From an uncultured bacterium (GTDB taxonomy: Bacteria; Armatimonadota; Abditibacteriia; Abditibacteriales; Abditibacteriaceae): DNA of 64,000 nucleotides. Shown one piece after another: positions 20,191 through 31,718 of the stretch. Location of the stretch: positions 1,240,001 to 1,304,000 of the forward strand of contig CAWJLW010000006.1 in the NCBI GenBank assembly GCA_963843795.1, read 5' to 3'. The notes below the pieces were generated by a model. That model ran no database searches and had not been told where the DNA came from. It saw only the letters and a program-made list of their open reading frames with translations. Both the position numbers and the translations under genes were made by a program. Position 1 is the stretch's first letter. Each line of letters starts with the position of its first letter.

Positions 20191-21765
20191 ATGCCTCGTT
20201 CACGCAATTCTGCCAGCAAAACAACTTCAACCAAACCGCGTTCCACGCCAACTGGTCAGCCCAAAGCCGGCGCTGTCGCAGCCGCGGCCTCGCCCAACTC
20301 CAGCGAAACTGTCACTCGGCTCACCGACAGTTGGTTTCAGGGCGCTCCCGGTGCTAAAAGCGACAACAGCGCCGAAGCTGCTAACGAAAACACTCCCGAA
20401 ACCGAAAGCGATTCCATGAAAACTGTTCCCGTTACCGCCAAGGATGGCGAAAAAAGTCGCGATTTCGTTCTCCGCACAGCGCGCGACCGCAAAGTCAAAT
20501 TCGTGCGTCTCTGGTTCACCGATATTTTGGGCATGCTCAAATCGACTGCGATTATCGCCGAAGAATTGGAAACGGCTCTTGATGAAGGCATTACCTTTGA
20601 CGGCAGCGCTATCGAAGGTTTTGCGCGCGAAGATGAAAGCGATATGATCGCTTTTCCCGATGCCAACACTTTTTCTCTTTTGCCGTTTCGCCCCACTGAA
20701 GGCGGCGCCGTGGCGCGTATGTTTTGTGATATTCGCAATCCCGATGGCACGCCCGGTGACACCGATCCGCGTCACATTCTGAAACGTCAGCTCAAGCAGG
20801 CGGCGGAATTGGGCTACACCTATTATGTTGGCCCCGAATGCGAATTTTTCTATTTCTGCGACCTGCCCGATGGCAGCGGTAAGCGGCCCGAGCCGCTCGA
20901 TCAGGGTGGATATTTCGATCAAACGCCTTTGGACATCGCCAGCCCGCTGCGCCGGCAGACTGCTTTGACTTTAGAACAGATGGATATCGGCGTCGAATCG
21001 AGCCACCATGAAGCCGCGCCCAGTCAACATGAAATCGATTTGCGCTATACGGACGCTTTGACTATGGCCGATAATTTGATGACATTCCGTTTGGTGGTCA
21101 AAGAAATTGCCAACGAAAGCGGCTATTACGCGACGTTCATGCCCAAGCCACTGGCCAGTTGCAATGGCAGCGGGCTACACATCAACATGAGCCTGTTCAA
21201 AGGTAGCAAAAACGTCTTCTACGACAAGAAAGATCCCGACCAGCTTTCGGATACCGCGCGCCATTACATCGCCGGTCTGTTGAAGCACGCGCGCGAACTG
21301 ACGCTGTTCACTAATCAATGGGTGAACTCGTATAAGCGTTTGGTGCCTGGCTTTGAAGCGCCGACGCGCGTGACGTGGGCGATGCGCAACCATTCGGATT
21401 TGGTGCGCGTCCCCGCCGCCAAACCGGGCCGTGAAGCCAGTCGGCGCGTCGAATATCGCTCTCCCGATCCGGCCTGCAATCCTTATCTGGTGTTCGCGCT
21501 TTTATTGGCCGCAGGTTTGGAAGGCATCAAGCACAAATACGAATTGGGGCCAGCGTGGACGAACGAGCAGGATGCCGGAGAATTTCAAGTGCTGCCCGCC
21601 GATTTGAACGAAGCCATCGCCGCCGCCGAGCAGGGCGAATTGGCGCGCCGCGTGTTAGGTGATACGCTGTTCAACAAATTTATCGCCAACAAGCGTATTG
21701 AATGGGAACAATATCGCGCTCAAGTCCACGATTATGAAATCGAACGCTACTTGGGGATTTTGTAA
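20191..21765 (+). CDS. glnA: Glutamine synthetase type I with low-complexity N-terminal extension
   Basis: RLWFTDILG, FDGSAIEGF, HHEAAPSQHEI, ATFMPKP..NGSGLH, NSYKRLVPGFEAP and EYRSPDPACNPYL. Confidence 0.93.
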   Translation: MPRSRNSASKTTSTKPRSTPTGQPKAGAVAAAASPNSSETVTRLTDSWFQGAPGAKSDNSAEAANENTPETESDSMKTVPVTAKDGEKSRDFVLRTARDRKVKFVRLWFTDILGMLKSTAIIAEELETALDEGITFDGSAIEGFAREDESDMIAFPDANTFSLLPFRPTEGGAVARMFCDIRNPDGTPGDTDPRHILKRQLKQAAELGYTYYVGPECEFFYFCDLPDGSGKRPEPLDQGGYFDQTPLDIASPLRRQTALTLEQMDIGVESSHHEAAPSQHEIDLRYTDALTMADNLMTFRLVVKEIANESGYYATFMPKPLASCNGSGLHINMSLFKGSKNVFYDKKDPDQLSDTARHYIAGLLKHARELTLFTNQWVNSYKRLVPGFEAPTRVTWAMRNHSDLVRVPAAKPGREASRRVEYRSPDPACNPYLVFALLLAAGLEGIKHKYELGPAWTNEQDAGEFQVLPADLNEAIAAAEQGELARRVLGDTLFNKFIANKRIEWEQYRAQVHDYEIERYLGIL

Positions 21766-21799
21766 AGCCACAATCACTTGCTGACAAAGTGATAATCAA

Positions 21800-21879
21800 A
21801 AAGCGCGCTGCAAGTACTTGCAGCGCGCTTTCAACAATTCAAACGTGCCGTGCAAGTACTTGCACGGCACGTTTGAATT
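21800..21879. terminator. Two tandem perfect palindromes (32 bp, 21800-21831; 44 bp, 21836-21879), each centred on TGCAAGTACTTGCA, between convergent glnA and gyrA
   Basis: Read directly from the sequence; the two arm sequences are unrelated. Confidence 0.75.
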
Positions 21880-24426
21880 TCAACCACCGGTCAAAGAAGC
21901 GATTGCGTCTTTGGCTTCTTCGCTTTGCTCTTCATTGCTGTCGTTGCCATCGTCGGCATCGCGCAGAATTTTTGCTACTGCTGCCACGCTATCGCCTTCG
22001 TTCAAGCGAATCAGAATGACGCCTTGTGCGTTGCGTCCGGTTTCCCGAATATCTTCGATGCCTTGTCGAATGATCACGCCGTTGTGCGTGATGATGAGTA
22101 ATTGTTCGTCTTCGTTCACGACGTGCAAGCTCACCAATTCGCCAGTATCTTCGGTCACTTTTTGCGTGATGACGCCTTTGCCACCGCGTGATTGATAACG
22201 ATAATCTTCGACGGATGTGCGTTTGCCACGACCTTTTTCTGTCACTGTCAACACCTGATCTTCGGGGCTGGCGACTGCCGCGCCGACGATGTAATCGTCT
22301 TTGGATTTGAAGCGCATCCCAGTCACGCCCTGCGTGTTGCGACTGGTCGGACGCACATCGTTTTCATCAAAGCGAATGCTCATGCCTTGTCGTGAAGCTA
22401 AAATTACGTCTTTTTTGCCGTCGGTCTGGAAAACAAAACTCAGTTCGTCTTTGCCCTGCAAGTTAATTGCAATCAAACCTTTCTGCATCCTCGTAGAGTA
22501 ATCAGATAGAGGCGTTTTCTTGACGGTGCCATTTTTTGTCACCATGAACAAGTAACGGCCTTCCGAAAAATCGGAAATATTCAAGACTGCGGTGATTTTC
22601 TCTCCGCGCTCTACTTGCAGCAAATTGACAATCGGTGTGCCTCGTCCCGTTCGGCTCGCGCTCGGTGCTTCATAAGCTTTCAATTGATAAACCTGACCGC
22701 GATTGGTGAAAATCAGCAGAATATTATGCGTTGAGCAAGTGAACAAATGTTCGACCTGATCTTCTTCCTTTTTGGTCAGGCCGATAATGCCTTTACCACC
22801 GCGATGCTGAACCTTGTAAGTGTCTTCCGGCAATTTTTTGATGTAGCCATCGCGTGTGATGGTAATGACAACATCTTCCTCAGCGATGAGGTCTTCGGGA
22901 TTAATATTGCTGGCTTCTACATCCGTGATGCGGGTGCGGCGTGGGTTGCTGTATTCTTTTTTGATGCGCGCCATGTCGGCTTTGATAATGCCGCGCACTT
23001 TCTGCACGTCTTCCAAAATGCTGCGCAGACGCGCGATGTCCTGCTGCAATTGATCGTATTCATCGTCGATTTTCATGCGATCCAACTGCGTCAGTTGGCC
23101 CAAACGCATATCCAAGACTGCGTTCGCTTGAATCTCGCTCAGCGTCACCATTTCATTCTGCTTCTTGCCATCGACGTATTTCGGTACGCCGCTTTCAATC
23201 AAGCGCGTGCGCGCATCCTCGCGGGATTCCGAAGCGCGAATGAGGGCGATTACGTCGTCAATCGAAGCCAAAATCGCGCGAAAACCTTCCAGAATATGTG
23301 CGCGCGCTTCAGCCTTTTTCAATTGAAAAACGCTGCGCCGCGTGATGACTTCTTCGCGGTGCCCGATAAACGCTTCCAAACTTTCGCGCAACGTCAAAAC
23401 TTTAGGCTGGCTTTCAATGAGGGCCAAGTTGATAATGCCAAAGCTAGAACGCAATTGCGTGTGCTTATACAACAAGTTCAAAACCAAGTGCGCATTGGCA
23501 TCGCGCTTGAGTTCGATCACGATGCGCATTCCCGTGCGGTCGCTTTCGTCCCGCATTTCACTAATGCCTTCGATGCGCTTTTCACGGTACAATCGTGCGA
23601 TATTTTCAATCAAAGTCGCTTTATTAACTTGATATGGTAATTCGGTCACGATAATGGCTTGTCGGCCATTGTCCATGGGTTCAATCGTCACGCGCGCTTG
23701 CATTACAATGCTGCCACGTCCGGTTTCGTAGGCTGAGCGAATGCCTTTGCGACCTAAAATCAAACCTGCAGTGGGAAAATCCGGGCCGGGCATGACTTCC
23801 AAAAGTTCATCCACGCTCGCGTCGGGCTTGTCGATGAGTTTAGCGACGGCATCACAAACTTCGCCCAGATTGTGCGGCGGAATGTTGGTCGCCATGCCGA
23901 CTGCAATACCAGCGCTGCCGTTGACGAGCATATTCGGGTAGACCGCAGGGAAAACGCTCGGTTCGACCGTTGACTCGGAAAAGTTGGGCACGAAATCGAC
24001 GGTTTCCATGTCGATGTCGCGCATCAATTCCATCGCAATCGGTGCTAAGCGCGCTTCGGTATAACGATAAGCCGCTGCCGGATCGCCATCGACCGAACCG
24101 AAGTTACCCTGTCCATCGATGAGTGGAAAGCGCATCGAGAAGTCCTGCGCCATGCGAACAAGTGCATCGTAGACCGATTGATCGCCGTGCGGATGATATT
24201 TTTTCAGCACTTCGCCCACAGCAGAGGCGCATTTTTCGCGCCTGCGATCGGGATACATATTCTGGTCGAACATCGCATACAAAATGCGGCGATGCACGGG
24301 CTTGAGGCCATCGCGCGCATCAGGCAACGCGCGACCGACGATCACGCTCATGGCGTAACGGGTGTAAGAAATGCGCATTTCGTCTTCGATGCGCATCGGA
24401 ATCACTTCGCGGGCAATTAGGGACAT
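21880..24426 (-). CDS. gyrA: DNA gyrase subunit A
   Basis: [30 protein letters not shown], GyrA-box QHRGGKG and CTD blades; AAGGAG RBS. Confidence 0.97.
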   Translation of the reverse strand: MSLIAREVIPMRIEDEMRISYTRYAMSVIVGRALPDARDGLKPVHRRILYAMFDQNMYPDRRREKCASAVGEVLKKYHPHGDQSVYDALVRMAQDFSMRFPLIDGQGNFGSVDGDPAAAYRYTEARLAPIAMELMRDIDMETVDFVPNFSESTVEPSVFPAVYPNMLVNGSAGIAVGMATNIPPHNLGEVCDAVAKLIDKPDASVDELLEVMPGPDFPTAGLILGRKGIRSAYETGRGSIVMQARVTIEPMDNGRQAIIVTELPYQVNKATLIENIARLYREKRIEGISEMRDESDRTGMRIVIELKRDANAHLVLNLLYKHTQLRSSFGIINLALIESQPKVLTLRESLEAFIGHREEVITRRSVFQLKKAEARAHILEGFRAILASIDDVIALIRASESREDARTRLIESGVPKYVDGKKQNEMVTLSEIQANAVLDMRLGQLTQLDRMKIDDEYDQLQQDIARLRSILEDVQKVRGIIKADMARIKKEYSNPRRTRITDVEASNINPEDLIAEEDVVITITRDGYIKKLPEDTYKVQHRGGKGIIGLTKKEEDQVEHLFTCSTHNILLIFTNRGQVYQLKAYEAPSASRTGRGTPIVNLLQVERGEKITAVLNISDFSEGRYLFMVTKNGTVKKTPLSDYSTRMQKGLIAINLQGKDELSFVFQTDGKKDVILASRQGMSIRFDENDVRPTSRNTQGVTGMRFKSKDDYIVGAAVASPEDQVLTVTEKGRGKRTSVEDYRYQSRGGKGVITQKVTEDTGELVSLHVVNEDEQLLIITHNGVIIRQGIEDIRETGRNAQGVILIRLNEGDSVAAVAKILRDADDGNDSNEEQSEEAKDAIASLTGG

Positions 24427-24505
24427 AAGGCTCCTTGAGTGTGGAATGTTAAGTCTGAAAACGTTGTTTTGTAATGAAAATTGTATAGATCGGTTCAAAA
24501 ATCAG

Positions 24506-24545
24506 CATTAATTGGCCCTGCAAGTACTTGCAGGGCCAATTAATG
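24506..24545. repeat. 40-bp perfect palindrome centred on TGCAAGTACTTGCA in the divergent gyrA / histidine kinase spacer
   Basis: CATTAATTGGCCC-TGCAAGTACTTGCA-GGGCCAATTAATG. Confidence 0.85.
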
Positions 24546-24725
24546 GCAAACTATTGAAAAATCTAATCATTATGGTATTGAATACAAAGCTAAGTTTATC
24601 GTAAATCGCGCTTAATTGCTTGTCTTTTTAATGAAAAAATTGAAAATAAAAGTAAGGTGAACGAATAAGCTCAATTGAAAGATGTAGTCCTATGGCGTTG
24701 TGCTTTGAAGTGCCCATTGAAAATT

Positions 24726-26645
24726 ATGAGAAAAAGCGACGATGGCCAGTGGGTTGAGGCGGCCCAGTTGCGAGAATTCGAGATGTACGAGCGCGCGGTA
24801 GACACTGTGCGCGAAGTAATTTTTCAGGTCGATGTGCAGGGCAACTGGCGATTTCTCAATGCCGCTTGGGAGCGCCTGACCGGATACAGTGCCGAAAGCG
24901 CGCTGGGCAGCAGTGTTTTGGAGTGGTTTCATCCCGATTTTCACGAGCAGGCGTTTGGTATGATGGGCGCATTGAGCGTAGGGAACTTGGAGGAATGCGA
25001 AAGCGAGGTGCGCCTGCGTTGTCGGGACGGGGCGGGCGAGGTGTGGCGAGACGTCGAAATCGTCAAGCGTCCCTTATGGGATGACGATGGCACATTCATC
25101 GGTGCAGCGGGCACGATGTCCGACATCAGCGCGCGCAAACTCGCCGAAAGCGAGCGCGAGCGCATCTCGCAGGCGTTGCGTGAAAACGAAGCCGAGCTGC
25201 GCACTTTGTTCAACGAAATGGAAGAATTGGTCATCACGCTCAGTCCCGAAGGTATTTATCTCAAAATCGCGCCTACCAGTCCGCACTTGTTGTATCGGTC
25301 GGCAATTCAACTTATTGGTCGGGAGTTTGGCGAGGTTTTGCCACCAGATAAAGCACGCCTGTTCACTGAAATTGTGGCCCGTGTCGCCCAAACCGGAGCG
25401 CGCGAAACCCTGCAATATGCTTTGTCTATCGAAGAAAGCGAAGTTTGGTTTGAAGCCGCGCTTTCTCGTTTAAGCGATGGTAACGTGTTGTGGGTGGCAC
25501 GCGATGTCACTAAAAGGCATCAGGCTGAACTAGCCTTGCGCCAGAGCGAAGAACATTTTCGCGCCTTTATGAACGCCGCGACTTTCATTGCTTTCATCAA
25601 AGATTCCGACGAGCGTTTTGTCTACTACAATCGCACATTGCAAGAGCGTTTTTGTAAGGATGGTGAGAGCTGGATTGGAAAAAGCGTTTTCGATGTATTT
25701 CCTCCGTCAATCGCGCAGAATCTGCACGAAAAAGATCAGCAGATTTTGCAGGGCGATGAACCCGTTGTAAGCTACGAAAATCTGCCGACCAACAATGGCG
25801 AAGAAATGACATTGTTGGTGTTCAAATTTCCACTTTACGATAGTAGCAGCCAAAAATTGCTGGGATCGATTGCCTTGGATGTCAGCGAGCAAAAGCGCGC
25901 CGAACGCGCCCTGGAACGGCTTTCGCTCGACCTCATTCGTTCGAATCGCGAATTGGCCAACTTTGCTTATATCGCATCGCACGATTTGCAGGAACCGTTG
26001 CGTATGGTGATCTCTTATTTGCAAATTTTGAAGCGCGATTACGGTGGTCGTATGAGCGAAGATGCCGATGAGATAATCGGTTTCGCGGTCGATGGCTCGC
26101 TCAGAATGCGCGATCTCATTGACGACTTACTGGATTATGCGCGCGTTGGATGGAACGAAGACAATTTCGAAATCATCGAAGGCGACAGCGTCATCGATGC
26201 CGCCTTGGCCAATTTAGATGTCGCAATTCGCGATAGTGAAGCGCGCATCGATCGCGATTCTTTGCCCGCTGTGCGCGGCGATTTTTCTCAATTAACCCAA
26301 GTGTGGCAAAATATGATTGCCAATTCCCTCAAATTTCGCAGCAGCGACGTTCCGCATTTGCAAATTCGTTCTCGTGATGCGAATGAAATGTGGGAATGGA
26401 GCCTAAGTGATAACGGGATTGGCATCGCTCCCGAAAATCATCAACGCATATTTGCGCCCTTTCAACGCTTGCATAGCAACGAACAGTTTTCGGGAACCGG
26501 AATTGGTTTGGCTATCGCGCAGAAAATCGCCGAAAATCACGGTGGGCGCATCCGCGTCGAATCGGAGCTGGGACAGGGAACGAAATTTATTCTGACTCTG
26601 CCTAAAGCAAACCTTAGAGAAAGCGTGGAGGCGATGAACCAGTAA
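24726..26645 (+). CDS. Multi-PAS sensor histidine kinase
   Basis: Three PAS-like segments; H-box FAYIASHDLQEPLR; N, G1, F and G2 boxes (DNGIGI, FQRLH, GTGIGL). Confidence 0.92.
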   Translation: MRKSDDGQWVEAAQLREFEMYERAVDTVREVIFQVDVQGNWRFLNAAWERLTGYSAESALGSSVLEWFHPDFHEQAFGMMGALSVGNLEECESEVRLRCRDGAGEVWRDVEIVKRPLWDDDGTFIGAAGTMSDISARKLAESERERISQALRENEAELRTLFNEMEELVITLSPEGIYLKIAPTSPHLLYRSAIQLIGREFGEVLPPDKARLFTEIVARVAQTGARETLQYALSIEESEVWFEAALSRLSDGNVLWVARDVTKRHQAELALRQSEEHFRAFMNAATFIAFIKDSDERFVYYNRTLQERFCKDGESWIGKSVFDVFPPSIAQNLHEKDQQILQGDEPVVSYENLPTNNGEEMTLLVFKFPLYDSSSQKLLGSIALDVSEQKRAERALERLSLDLIRSNRELANFAYIASHDLQEPLRMVISYLQILKRDYGGRMSEDADEIIGFAVDGSLRMRDLIDDLLDYARVGWNEDNFEIIEGDSVIDAALANLDVAIRDSEARIDRDSLPAVRGDFSQLTQVWQNMIANSLKFRSSDVPHLQIRSRDANEMWEWSLSDNGIGIAPENHQRIFAPFQRLHSNEQFSGTGIGLAIAQKIAENHGGRIRVESELGQGTKFILTLPKANLRESVEAMNQ

Positions 26646-26879
26646 AGCGATGAACCGAAAATTGTTACTGCAAGTACTTGCAAGGTCAAATTCGTGTATC
26701 CAGCTCGTTTGATATCCAACTCGTTTGATAAGATGTGTGAGCTTTTAAAAATATTGAAATCGCTTAAAATTCACCGATAAATCGTTTCCTGAATCCAAAT
26801 CATATGCGCGGGTGTTAGTGATGATAAAATGATTTACCTTTAAGGCATTGTGGAATGTCACGGGCCGCGATTGAAATTT

Positions 26880-27845
26880 ATGAATAATTTTTCTGCAACC
26901 AATTCTGAAATGTCTGAAATGCAGGCCAATTCTCCTGCGCGTGCCGTGCCGCGTCGGTACCGTGCTTTGGTTGTTGAAGATAACGCGGGCGATGTGCGCT
27001 TGCTGTGCGAGCCGCTTAAAAAAACAGAAATCGCCCATTTTGACATTGAGGTTGTGGGTCGTCTGGACGAAGCGATTTCGATGTTGCGTGCCCATGCGGC
27101 GCAAGATGCTTTCGATGTCGTTTTGCTCGATTTATCGCTGCCAGATGCTCAAGGTTTGGAAACTTTCAGCAATTTGTCGCGCGCAATTCCTGAAGTTCCG
27201 GTTGTAGTAGTGTCTGGCCTCAACGACAATGCGCTGGCTGTGCGCGCCGTGCAAAACGGGGCGCAGGATTATCTGGTGAAAGGGCAGGCTACGGATGGTG
27301 CTCTGGCGCGCTCGCTGGTTTTCGCCATCGAGCGCCACCGCATGAACGCGCAGCTGAAAGTGCTTTCCATCGTAGACGATCTAACGGGCTTGCATAATCG
27401 ACGTGGTTTCTGGACGCTGGCACCGCAACAGATGAAAAACGCCGCGCGCAACCGGCACAAAATGGCGCTTTATTACGCTGATTTGGATCGCTTGAAACAC
27501 ATCAACGATACTTTTGGTCATCAGAACGGCGATTGGGCTTTAACGCAAACCGCGCACGTCTTGCGTCAAACTTTTCGCGAATCTGATATTATCGCTCGCA
27601 TCGGTGGAGACGAATTTATCGTGCTGGCCATGACTCAATCAGCCGATGATATTGATACTGCTATTGAACGCCTTGATGACAATACTCAAACCTTGAATCT
27701 TCAAAACCAGCGTCCATTCGCATTGCAAATCAGCGTTGGATCCGTTCTGTTCGATCCCGCGCAAATCCAAAATATCGACGAACTGCTGGCACGCGCTGAT
27801 AAATCGCTTTACGAAGTCAAAAAACAAAAACAGCAGCCCAAATAA
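26880..27845 (+). CDS. Response regulator receiver + diguanylate cyclase (REC-GGDEF)
   Basis: LVVED, LLDLSLPD, DDLTGLHNRR, INDTFGH and RIGGDEF. Confidence 0.92.
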   Translation: MNNFSATNSEMSEMQANSPARAVPRRYRALVVEDNAGDVRLLCEPLKKTEIAHFDIEVVGRLDEAISMLRAHAAQDAFDVVLLDLSLPDAQGLETFSNLSRAIPEVPVVVVSGLNDNALAVRAVQNGAQDYLVKGQATDGALARSLVFAIERHRMNAQLKVLSIVDDLTGLHNRRGFWTLAPQQMKNAARNRHKMALYYADLDRLKHINDTFGHQNGDWALTQTAHVLRQTFRESDIIARIGGDEFIVLAMTQSADDIDTAIERLDDNTQTLNLQNQRPFALQISVGSVLFDPAQIQNIDELLARADKSLYEVKKQKQQPK

Positions 27846-27883
27846 ACCTCCAGAGCTCACTGGAATATTTTTAAACAATATCC

Positions 27884-27935
27884 AGCCAACGCAAAAGCGC
27901 CCTGCAAGTACTTGCAGGGCGCTTTTGCGTTGGCT
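27884..27935. terminator. 52-bp perfect palindrome centred on TGCAAGTACTTGCA between convergent GGDEF gene and gyrB
   Basis: AGCCAACGCAAAAGCGCCC-core-GGGCGCTTTTGCGTTGGCT. Confidence 0.75.
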
Positions 27936-27949
27936 TTACGCAGGCGAAT

Positions 27950-30385
<2,436 letters not shown>

Positions 30386-30568
30386 TTAAATTATAACAGT
30401 TTCCGAGGCTCACGACAACGTAAAAAGCACCTGCACATAAGGAGGACAGCGCTTGAAAAAGCGAACGCGAAAACTGCCCCGAAAGTGCTGCTTTTGGCCC
30501 GTGAAATTTCGGGCAAGTGCTTACCCGAAATCGCGAAGCTTCGAGTAAGCAGAAATTCACTCAAAACT

Positions 30569-31027
30569 TCAAATTCCGCCGCGCGCGCGCGTAATGAAAA
30601 ACGTCACCAGCAGGCAAATCAGAAAAGCGAGCAGATAAACGGCGAGAAAAAGGATGAAAGGGCGCAGATGTTGCGCTTTGTGTTCTTTGGCAACGCCTGC
30701 CAGCGCCAAGCGACTTCCCAGAAGCATAAAAACGTCGAGAAAAAGCGAAACCAGAATTGTAATGCCAATCGCAGCGCTGCCGACACCTCCGGCGTGTGCA
30801 ACCAGCATCGCAGGCGTCCACAGAAGGAGCGCAACCGGAAAACCGGCGCAGCCGCAGCCTATGGGACAACCGGTAGCTTCATCGTAGGGAACGTTTTTGC
30901 CGCCTTCGAGCTTGCGCAGAGCTTGAATCGGTAAGACGATATTGCGCGGTGATTTGTCTGGCGACGGGTGTCCGTTGGACGCGTGACCGTTGGAATCGGA
31001 GGGCGAAGGCGGAGGGATTTTGGGCAC
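30569..31027 (-). CDS. Hypothetical membrane protein
   Basis: Pro-rich N-terminus followed by about 3 hydrophobic segments; GTG start chosen tentatively. Confidence 0.5.
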   Translation of the reverse strand: MPKIPPPSPSDSNGHASNGHPSPDKSPRNIVLPIQALRKLEGGKNVPYDEATGCPIGCGCAGFPVALLLWTPAMLVAHAGGVGSAAIGITILVSLFLDVFMLLGSRLALAGVAKEHKAQHLRPFILFLAVYLLAFLICLLVTFFITRARGGI

Positions 31028-31196
31028 GTCAATAGTGTAGAATTTGAGCGCGCTGGCTGCCTGACAGTTTGGCAGGAAGTGAAATAAATTGAAAAAGGGT
31101 CGAGTTTTGGAAGCGTAGAGTCGGTCCGGCGCGTTGCATATAAGGGATTGACTTGTGACCAAGTCTCTTTTTACGATAAATGGCTAAAGGAATTTT

Positions 31197-31664
31197 ATGC
31201 AGCGCATAGAAATGTGGGCGAGCCGGATGCCCTTGATCTGGGGCGCGATTACCGGCTGGATCGCCGTTTTATTCATCGTGATGGGCTGGCTCGATTCAAC
31301 GGGCAAATGGATTGTCGCGCTACTTATCTGGAGCGAAGCGATTATTCTGTCGTGGCGCGCCGCGAATCAGGGCTTGTTTCTGGAAGACGACCGTCTGATT
31401 TATCAAGCGATGTTTTTACGCTACGAAATTCCTTACCAGCAAATTCGCTCGCTAAATGTCGCTGCCGTCGCGGGCATCAGCAACTACGAATTCTGGCTTT
31501 ACGTCGATGACGGCCACAGAATTCCCAAACGCATCAGTCTTCAATTTTTCGGTCGCACGGGTCGTCAGGAATTCTTCGATGCGCTCTGCGCGCGTGCGCC
31601 GCGTGCCGCTTTGGGCACCGGCGCACGCACGATCCGTGATCGCGGATTTGCGTGGTATCCGTAA
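31197..31664 (+). CDS. Hypothetical membrane protein (bacterial PH-like C-terminus)
   Basis: Two TM helices, then GLFLEDDRLIY..EIPYQQIRSL. Confidence 0.55.
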   Translation: MQRIEMWASRMPLIWGAITGWIAVLFIVMGWLDSTGKWIVALLIWSEAIILSWRAANQGLFLEDDRLIYQAMFLRYEIPYQQIRSLNVAAVAGISNYEFWLYVDDGHRIPKRISLQFFGRTGRQEFFDALCARAPRAALGTGARTIRDRGFAWYP

Positions 31665-31700
31665 AAAAACGGCCCTGCAAGTACTTGCAGGGCCGTTTTT
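31665..31700. terminator. 36-bp perfect palindrome with A/T-run ends between convergent genes
   Basis: AAAAACGGCCC-TGCAAGTACTTGCA-GGGCCGTTTTT. Confidence 0.8.
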
Positions 31701-31718
31701 GTGACTTTTACTTTTCCG

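Noticed and set aside
21800..21879. CRISPR array suggested by recurring repeats with unique intervening sequence
   Set aside because: Only 12-14 bp are constant, spacing is irregular (42 bp to several kb), copies lie inside genes, and no cas genes are present.
22747..23640. 297-aa ORF antisense to gyrA, and similar long antisense ORFs elsewhere
   Set aside because: Typical shadow ORFs of GC-biased genes, with no recognisable domain.
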